Of a stretch of 64,000 nucleotides of DNA, positions 19,819 to 28,578 are shown piece after piece. The notes beneath the pieces are model-generated. The model did no database searches. It had not been told where the DNA came from and was given only the letters and a program-made list of their open reading frames with translations. Each line of letters starts with the position of its first letter. The first letter of the stretch is position 1. Location of the stretch: the NCBI GenBank assembly GCA_030426955.1, contig JAUHXS010000005.1, positions 49,790 to 113,789 of the forward strand. Direction: 5' to 3'. The stretch is from Bacteroidia bacterium. GTDB lineage: Bacteria > Bacteroidota > Bacteroidia > Chitinophagales > JAUHXS01. The position numbers and the translations under genes are program-made.

Positions 19819-20880
19819 TTAAGCCTTCTCTTTTGCTAGTTCTTTCTCTTTCTTCGGCTCCTTATCTGAATTACTAGCTCCTCCAGCATTAAGCGTCAAG
19901 ACTCTTATCTTATCCTCGATTTCATCTGCTAACTCAGGGTTATCTGTCAAAAGCTCTTTTACGTAGTCTCTTCCCTGTCCTAGCTTACTACCATTGTAGC
20001 TAAACCAAGAACCACTCTTTTCGATGATATTAAGCGCTACGCCAATGTCTAATAATTCACCAACTTTAGAAACGCCCTTGCCATACATGATATCAAATTC
20101 GACTACTTTAAATGGAGGGGCCATTTTATTTTTAACAACTTTTACCTTCGTTCTATTTCCAATAATATCATCTCCACTTTTGATTTGACCTATTCTTCGA
20201 ATGTCTAATCTTATCGAAGAGTAAAACTTTAAAGCATTACCCCCAGTTGTAGTCTCAGGGTTGCCAAACATTACACCAATTTTTTCTCTCAGTTGGTTGA
20301 TGAAAATACAGCTACAGCCTGTCTTGTTAATCGTACCAGTTAACTTTCTCAGCGCTTGAGACATCAACCTTGCCTGAAGTCCCATTTTAGAGTCGCCCAT
20401 TTCACCTTCAATCTCCCCTTTTGGAACTAACGCTGCAACAGAGTCTATTACAACAATATCAATAGCTCCGGATCTAATTAAATTATCTGCAATCTCTAAT
20501 GCTTGCTCTCCATCATCAGGCTGAGAGATTAATAAGTTTTCTATGTCAACGCCTAAGTTTTGTGCATACATTTTATCAAAAGCGTGCTCTGCATCTATAA
20601 AAGCAGCAATTCCACCTTTCTTTTGTACCTCTGCAATGGCATGAATAGCTAATGTCGTTTTACCAGAAGATTCAGGACCGTAAATCTCAATAATTCGACC
20701 TTTAGGGAAACCGCCAATTCCAAGACCAATATCCAAGCCTAAAGAACCTGTTGAAGTTGCCTCAGCGTTGACCACCTTGCTGTCGCCAAGCTTCATGACA
20801 GTACCTTTTCCGTAAGTTTTGTCTAATTTATCTAATGTGAGTTGTAGTGCTTTAAGTTTCTCTTTGTTTACTTCTGCCAT
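19819..20880 (-). CDS. recA: recombinase RecA
   Basis: [41 protein letters not shown]. Confidence 0.99.
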   Translation of the reverse strand: MAEVNKEKLKALQLTLDKLDKTYGKGTVMKLGDSKVVNAEATSTGSLGLDIGLGIGGFPKGRIIEIYGPESSGKTTLAIHAIAEVQKKGGIAAFIDAEHAFDKMYAQNLGVDIENLLISQPDDGEQALEIADNLIRSGAIDIVVIDSVAALVPKGEIEGEMGDSKMGLQARLMSQALRKLTGTINKTGCSCIFINQLREKIGVMFGNPETTTGGNALKFYSSIRLDIRRIGQIKSGDDIIGNRTKVKVVKNKMAPPFKVVEFDIMYGKGVSKVGELLDIGVALNIIEKSGSWFSYNGSKLGQGRDYVKELLTDNPELADEIEDKIRVLTLNAGGASNSDKEPKKEKELAKEKA

Positions 20881-21003
20881 GGTCTTGATTTGAAATGATT
20901 ATTTGAATAAAGGTAATATATAAAGCAATTGACAATTACTTTAAACGCCATATTTTATCCACATTTCGAAAAATAAAAAAGGATTAAAACCCTTGACTGT
21001 AAG

Positions 21004-23349
21004 CTATCTCAATAAAGTTAAGCTACCAATAAAACGCTCCTCTTTAGCTATTAACTTATACAAATAAACCCCCTCAGGACATATTCTCCCCTCGTAAGTG
21101 CCATCCCATAAACCCTGATTATCAAATACAATATTACCCCACCTATCGAAAATCTGTAAAGTATGAGCAGAGTCAACAAGACTATTGGCTATGCCAAACC
21201 TATTGTTTACAGTAGAGGTGGGTCTAAAAACGTTTGGAAGAAATATAGTTTCTTCCAATGTATCAGGTAAAGTATCATCCAGGATACTATCCATTGGGCA
21301 AAGTGCTATTTCAAAAGTATCTCGATACTCGCAGCCTAATCCATCAATGGTTATAAATATGCTATATGTTCCCTCTGTTGTAATAGAGATTTGATTACTG
21401 ATTGCCCCTGTAGACCAAGCATATGTTCCTTGATAAGGAGCGGAGACATCAATAGAACTATTTTCTTCAACACAAGAATCTAACAGTTCAATTTTGTTTA
21501 TTTCAGTTACAGTTACGGCTTTATAAAGCGTATCCAATTTGCAGTCTTTTTGTTTAGTTAATACGATATCATAATTACCTTCATCGGGATATTGGTAAGG
21601 TAAAGAAGCGCCTGATCCTGTATCGGTACCTAATGCAGCAGTATCTCCAAATATCCATCTATATTCGGCTTCAGGAGCTCTGTTCATATCGCCATCCGTT
21701 ACAGCAAACAATACCTCATTATCAAAACAAACCTCATACTCAAAAGAAGTTGTGTCATAGTCTAGGTTGACGAGCCAAACATCTCTGTTGCCTAAAGCAG
21801 GGGATGTTTTATCACCTCCAGGATCATTGGCAATATGTGTTTGATCTGAAAAGCCAACAAGCATATCTCCATTAGGGTGCTGTAATACACAAGTTGCATT
21901 GTCTGCATTGGGCCCAGCGGAACTGATAGTTTTACTCCATATCAACTCACCATCTGTAGTTATTTTTAAAATAACACTAGTCGCCGCGGTTTGTCCAGGA
22001 AAGTTTGGCTCTAATTTAAATTCGTTGATTCCTGTGTCTAATGTTACATATTGTAATAGTACATCACCATTACAATCAATATCTGCAGAAGGAATAAGCG
22101 TACCTGCAGGAAAATTATCTGCTAACGAATCCCCATAAGATTTTGCCCAAATGATGTCCCCAGTTTCTTCATTCAGCTTAAAAATACAAGGATCCCAGTG
22201 CCCCTTATGATTTGAGACATCTGTAACAGTGGGCTCATATATATTGGCAAAAACCCATAGGGCGTCATCCATATCATGATAGAAGAAGTTATACGTGCCA
22301 TCAACCCCATCCCCTCCAGTCACTTTTGTCCAGATAGTATCCAGTGTTTGTAGGTCTATCTTAGTAATAAATAGGTCATTGTCAATACTTCCCAAACGTC
22401 TTGTAATATCTCCACCAACGTTTGAGTTGGTACTATTTGCTAACAAAAGATTACCATCTGGCGCATTAAGTATAAAACCAGAACCTTCTTTTAAATTTCC
22501 CCCAAGACACCTTTGAGTGAGAATACTTCCATCAAAGGTATCCACCTTAACGACCCACACATCTTCTTCAAGAAATAATGGAGCAGTACCAGGATGAATC
22601 CCTGAAACTTGCCCTGTATTTTGTGAGTTAGTAGTTGCCGTAAAAACTATTTGTCCATCTGTAGATTCGATAATACGACGTCCATAATCTCTACCAGTAA
22701 CTGATGTAGTCTGAGATCCTCCATAGTTTTCTGCCCATATCAATGCTCCAGTAGTTTGATCTACCTTTATCAACCAAACATCTGCTAATCCTCCAAAATG
22801 ATTTGGAACATCACCACTACCATCGGTGGTTGTGGTAGAGCCAACTACGTAAATGCTTCCATCGGAATGTTGAATAGCCCACTGGGATGTTTCGCTTGCA
22901 GTCCCGCCATAACATGCCGACCATAAGAGGGTGCCATCAGATTGATCGAGCTTAGCTAGCCAAAAGTCTTGGCTTCCATTGGGGCCGTTGATATCTCCAT
23001 CGGATACAGTTGCCAGTGTATTGCCAATCATCAGGATATTACTATCCTGTAGCACCAAAGACATTACTCCAAGGTCAGTGCCAGAGCCACCAAGACATCT
23101 GCCCCATATTTTAGAACCATCAATACTAGAAGTTTTTTCTACATAAACATCTCGCACCCCATGATGACCTGGGATGTCAGTAGAATGTGTTTGACTCATA
23201 ACGGCATAATTCCCATCATTTAAGATCTTTATATCTGTTGTAAAATCTATATTATTGCCACCAATACTCACGTCCCACTGTACTTTGGGTTGGGCCTTTA
23301 CAGCTAATGACACCATAAAAAGCATGAAAAAGAAGAACCTGTTTATCAT
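21004..23349 (-). CDS. T9SS type-B CTD protein with beta-propeller repeats and PKD domain
   Basis: Signal peptide; repeated D(V/F)W..K.D...G...W...GG blades; YRWIFGD; FLPNVFRP...IFDRWG...WDG...EGVYLY...GSLTLLR. Confidence 0.82.
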   Translation of the reverse strand: MINRFFFFMLFMVSLAVKAQPKVQWDVSIGGNNIDFTTDIKILNDGNYAVMSQTHSTDIPGHHGVRDVYVEKTSSIDGSKIWGRCLGGSGTDLGVMSLVLQDSNILMIGNTLATVSDGDINGPNGSQDFWLAKLDQSDGTLLWSACYGGTASETSQWAIQHSDGSIYVVGSTTTTDGSGDVPNHFGGLADVWLIKVDQTTGALIWAENYGGSQTTSVTGRDYGRRIIESTDGQIVFTATTNSQNTGQVSGIHPGTAPLFLEEDVWVVKVDTFDGSILTQRCLGGNLKEGSGFILNAPDGNLLLANSTNSNVGGDITRRLGSIDNDLFITKIDLQTLDTIWTKVTGGDGVDGTYNFFYHDMDDALWVFANIYEPTVTDVSNHKGHWDPCIFKLNEETGDIIWAKSYGDSLADNFPAGTLIPSADIDCNGDVLLQYVTLDTGINEFKLEPNFPGQTAATSVILKITTDGELIWSKTISSAGPNADNATCVLQHPNGDMLVGFSDQTHIANDPGGDKTSPALGNRDVWLVNLDYDTTSFEYEVCFDNEVLFAVTDGDMNRAPEAEYRWIFGDTAALGTDTGSGASLPYQYPDEGNYDIVLTKQKDCKLDTLYKAVTVTEINKIELLDSCVEENSSIDVSAPYQGTYAWSTGAISNQISITTEGTYSIFITIDGLGCEYRDTFEIALCPMDSILDDTLPDTLEETIFLPNVFRPTSTVNNRFGIANSLVDSAHTLQIFDRWGNIVFDNQGLWDGTYEGRICPEGVYLYKLIAKEERFIGSLTLLR

Positions 23350-23623
23350 ACTTTTAAGTTACTTAAAAATGGATAACAAAATATACAAAAAAATCAATAG
23401 TTAGCACTTGGAATATAATAATTTGATTATTAAATAGTTGATTGTAATGTCAATACGAAAAAAATGATTATAAGTTGACCAAATGAAAATGAAAGAAATT
23501 CATAGTTTTTTAAACCTGAATTTCTACATTGCATTGTTAATAAATAGTGTCTCTAAAGGGCTGGCATTAAACTGCCCTACTCAGAGATAGTAAAATGCAT
23601 ATAGGCTTCTATTAGATGACTAG

Positions 23624-23863
23624 TTAAGCCAATGCAACCTGTCCTGACCGACTGTAATCTAAGATAGACTCTATGGCTACTGAACTGGGTCTAAACCTAA
23701 CTTTGCTCAACTTCCCTTTAAGCTTGTTCAGCATTGTGGCTTCTTCCAATAAATTGAAATCACTATCTAATGCAACTTCAATGCTATTTTTTAATTCAGG
23801 AGATGCTTCTCCATATAGATATGAGATAATATCTTCTTGAGTAAAAATTTTTTGCATATACAT
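23624..23863 (-). CDS. small protein downstream of ECF sigma, anti-sigma-domain-like
   Basis: 79 aa; QEDIISYLYGE...IEVAL resembles anti-sigma N-terminal helices; no TM; same strand as the sigma gene. Confidence 0.6.
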   Translation of the reverse strand: MYMQKIFTQEDIISYLYGEASPELKNSIEVALDSDFNLLEEATMLNKLKGKLSKVRFRPSSVAIESILDYSRSGQVALA

Positions 23864-23971
23864 TGTTTTGTTTGATAAATGGCATTATGATCCTTTGATT
23901 TACCATATTAACGAAATGTATATACGGATTATTGTATATGGTAGAAATTTACCTCGCTTAGAAAAACTAAC

Positions 23972-24550
23972 CTACAGCGTCACTTGATGCTCCTCAATCA
24001 TTTTTCTAAGGTTCTGTAATGCATAACGCATTCTACCTAAGGCAGTATTAATGCTTACGTTAGTCAATTGCGCAATTTCTTTAAAGCTTAACCCAGCAAA
24101 ATGTCTCAAGATCACCACTTCTTTTTGCTCTGCCGGTAGTTCTTCAACTAACTTTCTAACTCCCGAAGCTGTTTGACCTTTTACCATTTTATCCTCTGCA
24201 TTTTCATCATAGAAAGGTAGCACTTCGAAGATATCAAAACCATCTCCTGTAGTAATAGAAGGTGTTCTCTTATTCTTTCTAAAAAAGTCCACACATAAGT
24301 TATGTGCAATACGCATTACCCAAGGGGCAAATTTACCTTCCTCTTTGTATTTACCTGATCTTAAAGTATCAATGACTTTAATAAAAGTGTCTTGAAAAAT
24401 ATCTTCAGCTAAAGCCCTATCTCTAACAAATAATACGATAGAAGTAAAGATTTTTTCTTTGTGTCGGTTAATAAGAATTTCTAGGGAAGACTCCTTGCCA
24501 TCTAGATATTGACGAATTAACTCTTTGTCGCTAATTAGTTGAGCATTCAT
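23972..24550 (-). CDS. ECF sigma-70 family RNA polymerase sigma factor
   Basis: Region 2 AEDIFQDTFIK...WVMRIAHNLCVD; region 4 LSFKEIA...INTALGRMRYAL. Confidence 0.93.
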   Translation of the reverse strand: MNAQLISDKELIRQYLDGKESSLEILINRHKEKIFTSIVLFVRDRALAEDIFQDTFIKVIDTLRSGKYKEEGKFAPWVMRIAHNLCVDFFRKNKRTPSITTGDGFDIFEVLPFYDENAEDKMVKGQTASGVRKLVEELPAEQKEVVILRHFAGLSFKEIAQLTNVSINTALGRMRYALQNLRKMIEEHQVTL

Positions 24551-24708
24551 AGTACTCGTGGTTTAGTTAAGAAATAGTAATTAGCGTAGAGTTGTCTTTA
24601 TAGGCAAATAGTTTTTAGTTATCGTAAATATATTAAATGTTTTCTTAAAAAACAATACCTTTATATAATGCCGTGTCAGCATTGATTTTTCTACTTATAC
24701 GAGCCAAG

Positions 24709-27501
24709 ATGGAAAAGGTTGCAAAAAAAAGTAAAAAAGTTTCTACTATCCCTGTTTCGAATACACATATCGAGATAAAAGGAGCTCGTGTACACAATCT
24801 TAAGAATGTAGATTTAAAAATTCCTAAAAACAAACTAGTCGTTGTCACGGGTGTCTCTGGTTCCGGCAAGTCTTCCCTGGTAATGGATGTTTTGTTTGCG
24901 GAAGGGCAACGCAAGTACGTAGAGAGCCTTTCTTCTTATGCGAGGCAGTTTTTGATGCGAATGGACAAGCCTGATATTGACTATATCAAAGGTATCTGTC
25001 CTGCTATTGCTATAGAGCAAAAAGTCAATACAAAAAATGCGAGATCTACAGTTGGCACGCTTACTGAAATCTACGACTACTTTAAGCTTTTGTTTGCCAG
25101 AATCGGAAAAACCTATTCACCGGTCAGTGGGGAGGAAGTCAAAAAACATACCATTTCCGATATCGTTGATTACGCCCTATCGCTAGTAGAAGGTGCTAAA
25201 GTATATGTACTGGTCGATTTGAAAAGCTATAAAGAGAAAGACTTAAAACTACTCATCCAAAAAGGTTTTTCAAGGCTGGTAGTTGATGATGAAATTGTTC
25301 GTATCGATGAACTTAAAAAAGATGTTGATCTTAAAAATGCACACCTGTTAATTGATCGATTTGTTATCAGCGACGACGAAACCTTAAAAAGTAGAATTGC
25401 TGATTCTGCTTCTGTTGCCTTTTTTGAAGGAGAAGGTATTTGCCATGTTAGTGAGATCGGCGGGAAGACCAATACTTTTTCGAATAGATTTGAGCTAGAT
25501 GGCATGACTTTCGAAGAGCCTTCACCTCACTTCTTTAGCTTTAATAATCCTTACGGTGCCTGCAATGAGTGTGAAGGGTTTGGTTCAGTTATTGGCATTG
25601 ATAAAGATCTGGTCATTCCTGATTCTTCTTTATCTGTTTATGAAGGAGCTGTGGCTTGTTGGAGGGGAGAGAAGATGAAGAAGTGGAAAGAAAAACTCGT
25701 CAAAACGGCTATGGAGTTTGATTTTCCCATTCATCGGGCTTATCAAGATTTGACCTTAGAAGAAAAGGAACTTGTATGGACAGGCAATAAACATTTCAAA
25801 GGCATCAACAAATTTTTTGAACATCTTGAAAGCAAAGCTTACAAAATACAGTATCGAGTGTTGTTGGCACGCTACCGTGGCAGAACTGCTTGCCAAAGTT
25901 GCAAAGGAACCAGAATTAGAAAGGATACGGACTTTGTAAAGATTGGCGGTAAAAATATTACAGATTTACTGTTATTGCCGATATGGGATGTTATTGACTT
26001 TTTTGACAACCTAAAACTTTCTGATTACGAGGCAAAGCTAACTAAACGTATCCTCTCAGAAATCAAGAACAGGGTTCGTTTTATTGACCAAGTTGGATTG
26101 GGCTATCTTACTTTAAACAGACAGTCAGGAACTTTGTCGGGTGGAGAAACGCAGCGAATCAACCTGACAAGAATTCTAGGAAGTAATCTGACTAGTTCTC
26201 TTTACATTTTAGATGAACCGAGTATTGGCTTACACCCACGTGATACTGCGAAGCTAGTTGAGGTACTAAAACGATTGAGAGATTTAGGCAATACGGTTAT
26301 TGTAGTAGAACATGAGGAAGAGATCATGCGTCAGGCAGACTACATCATTGACATGGGACCGCTGGCGGGCTCTCTAGGCGGAGAAGTGGTTTTTGATGGA
26401 GATTATCAAAAGCTTGCTAAAGATGAAAAAAGTCTCACCGGAAAATATTTGACGGGTAAAGAAAACATCGCATTGCCAAAGCATAGAAGAAAGCCCAGCT
26501 CTTTCATTGAATTGATTGGTGCAAAGCAAAACAATCTTAAAAATATCGATACAAAATTTCCGCTGAACGCCATGACGGTTGTCACCGGCGTGTCGGGTTC
26601 GGGTAAAACAACTCTGATTAAACAGATTTTATATCCAGTTTTAAAAAGAGAATATGAGGGAGTTGGAGACAGTCCTGGAAAGTATAGTGAAATAAAGGGT
26701 AGTATCAAATCTATCGAGCAAATAGAGCTCATTGATCAAAACCCATTGGGAAGATCTTCCCGATCTAATCCAGTCACTTACGTAAAGGCTTATGATGCTA
26801 TCAGGGATTTGTATTCCAAACAACCTTTGGCAAAAATGAGAGGATTCAAGCCAAAGCACTTTTCTTTCAATGTAGAAGGTGGACGTTGTGAGGTTTGCAA
26901 AGGCGATGGAGAGGTGGTGGTAGAAATGCAGTTTTTGGCAGACATCCATTTAACATGTGAATCTTGTAATGGGAATCGATTCAAACCTGAAGTTACAGAT
27001 GTTAGGTATAATGAAAAGAGTATTTCAGAAATTCTAGATATGACTATTTCTGAGGCCATGAAGTTCTTTAGCGACAAAAGAGAAATCATTTCTAAACTAA
27101 AGCCTCTGGAGGATATTGGATTGGGGTATATAAAGCTAGGTCAGTCATCCAGCACTTTGAGCGGTGGAGAGGCACAAAGAGTTAAACTAGCCTCTTTTTT
27201 GAATAAGAGTAGTTCACAAAAACCAATATTGTTCATTTTTGACGAACCGACTACGGGTTTACATTTTAATGATATTAACTACCTACTTGACGCTTTCAAT
27301 GCATTGATTGATAAAGGACATAGTGTTATTGTCATTGAACACAACTTAGACGTAATAAAATGTGCTGATTGGATTATTGACTTAGGACCTGAGGGTGGAA
27401 ATGGTGGTGGTGATTTAGTTTTTCAGGGTCCTCCTGAAGACTTAAAAAAGGTAAAGAACTTATCTTACACTAAAGATTTTTTATTAGATAAACTAAAATA
27501 G
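24709..27501 (+). CDS. uvrA: excinuclease ABC subunit A
   Basis: Two GVSGSGK(S/T) Walker A motifs, two LSGGE signatures, CxxC zinc fingers; ATG 24709 preferred over GTG 24673. Confidence 0.96.
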   Translation: MEKVAKKSKKVSTIPVSNTHIEIKGARVHNLKNVDLKIPKNKLVVVTGVSGSGKSSLVMDVLFAEGQRKYVESLSSYARQFLMRMDKPDIDYIKGICPAIAIEQKVNTKNARSTVGTLTEIYDYFKLLFARIGKTYSPVSGEEVKKHTISDIVDYALSLVEGAKVYVLVDLKSYKEKDLKLLIQKGFSRLVVDDEIVRIDELKKDVDLKNAHLLIDRFVISDDETLKSRIADSASVAFFEGEGICHVSEIGGKTNTFSNRFELDGMTFEEPSPHFFSFNNPYGACNECEGFGSVIGIDKDLVIPDSSLSVYEGAVACWRGEKMKKWKEKLVKTAMEFDFPIHRAYQDLTLEEKELVWTGNKHFKGINKFFEHLESKAYKIQYRVLLARYRGRTACQSCKGTRIRKDTDFVKIGGKNITDLLLLPIWDVIDFFDNLKLSDYEAKLTKRILSEIKNRVRFIDQVGLGYLTLNRQSGTLSGGETQRINLTRILGSNLTSSLYILDEPSIGLHPRDTAKLVEVLKRLRDLGNTVIVVEHEEEIMRQADYIIDMGPLAGSLGGEVVFDGDYQKLAKDEKSLTGKYLTGKENIALPKHRRKPSSFIELIGAKQNNLKNIDTKFPLNAMTVVTGVSGSGKTTLIKQILYPVLKREYEGVGDSPGKYSEIKGSIKSIEQIELIDQNPLGRSSRSNPVTYVKAYDAIRDLYSKQPLAKMRGFKPKHFSFNVEGGRCEVCKGDGEVVVEMQFLADIHLTCESCNGNRFKPEVTDVRYNEKSISEILDMTISEAMKFFSDKREIISKLKPLEDIGLGYIKLGQSSSTLSGGEAQRVKLASFLNKSSSQKPILFIFDEPTTGLHFNDINYLLDAFNALIDKGHSVIVIEHNLDVIKCADWIIDLGPEGGNGGGDLVFQGPPEDLKKVKNLSYTKDFLLDKLK

Positions 27502-27507
27502 TCTGGT

Positions 27508-28416
27508 ATGTTTAGATCTATTATCTTAATCTCCATTTCAACCATACTCTTTGCTAAGCTAGTATCGAGTCAATGCTGCAATTGCACACACTCCTTCACC
27601 CCTCTGAAGACTAGCTTTACTCAATGCGAACCTATTCAGTTTGAGATAGAAGGCACTACATGTAACGCTGACTCTTACCTTGATAGCGCCAAGTATTATA
27701 TCAGCAATGATACTTTTCATAGCTGTGCTTTTATTACCGACGGTTTCCTTACTGCATTAAATGATTTTATTGATACGGTCACTTATCCTAATATTCCCGT
27801 TGGCAACTATGTTTATATGCATATTTCTAAATACTGGGGTACACCAAGGGATACAATTTATGGTAATTTAACCATCGTTAACGATCCGAATTATTTTGCA
27901 GAACCATTTGTGGCAACAGATACAACAGTTTGCTTAGAGGACACTTTAATTTTAGATGCACTTAATCCTGAAAAAGATTTTACCTGGTCTAGTGGAGATT
28001 CTTCGCAAACTATTCAAGTCAATTCGTCTGGAGTTTATTGGGTAACCATTAGTGATACGAATTGTTCGTTCACTGACTCCATTAATATAATTGACGATTG
28101 TGATACCATACCGCCCGATCCGGACCCAGACCCAGATACTATCATTACGGTATTACCCTATTTGCCTAATGCATTTACTCCATTATCTGGTATTGGAAAT
28201 AATACATTGAAAGTCATTCCTGATTCACTGGATTATTCACTAGCAATATATGATCGAAAAGGAAAACTTGTTTATCAATCAGGAGGTTCTAAAAAGTCCT
28301 GGGATGGAACTTATCAAGGAAAAAGATTGCCAGTGGGTACTTACATCTATAAAATGTCTTATAATGAAAATGGGAATGTCAAAACCCAGACAGGCTCTGT
28401 GCTGCTTTTAGATTAA
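27508..28416 (+). CDS. small T9SS type-B CTD protein with Cys-rich N-terminus and Pro-Asp linker
   Basis: Signal peptide, QCCNC; PPDPDPDPD linker; YLPNAFTP...IYDRKG...WDG...GTYIY...GSVLLL. Confidence 0.82.
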   Translation: MFRSIILISISTILFAKLVSSQCCNCTHSFTPLKTSFTQCEPIQFEIEGTTCNADSYLDSAKYYISNDTFHSCAFITDGFLTALNDFIDTVTYPNIPVGNYVYMHISKYWGTPRDTIYGNLTIVNDPNYFAEPFVATDTTVCLEDTLILDALNPEKDFTWSSGDSSQTIQVNSSGVYWVTISDTNCSFTDSINIIDDCDTIPPDPDPDPDTIITVLPYLPNAFTPLSGIGNNTLKVIPDSLDYSLAIYDRKGKLVYQSGGSKKSWDGTYQGKRLPVGTYIYKMSYNENGNVKTQTGSVLLLD

Positions 28417-28578
28417 AGAAATGATCTCTACTTTAGAAACATAACGGCTTATCGTAAAGACACCTACCCTACTAAGTCTTGCTAGAGTTGTAATCAACCA
28501 GAGACCTAACTTTTTTTAATATCTTTCTTAAACAAAAGAGCACTATTAGATAAATTCATTTGACTAAATTTTTATAAA

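Noticed and set aside
10974-23349. Cargo/regulator region as a genomic island or prophage
   Set aside because: No integrase, tRNA, att repeats or phage genes, and recA lies within it.
23352-23368. TTTTAAGT-T-ACTTAAAA palindrome just before the 23349 start codon
   Set aside because: Short, AT-rich, single occurrence; does not match the CTTA-N6-TAAG spacing.
24645-24914. 89-aa minus-strand ORF at the uvrA start
   Set aside because: Antisense shadow of the conserved UvrA Walker A region.
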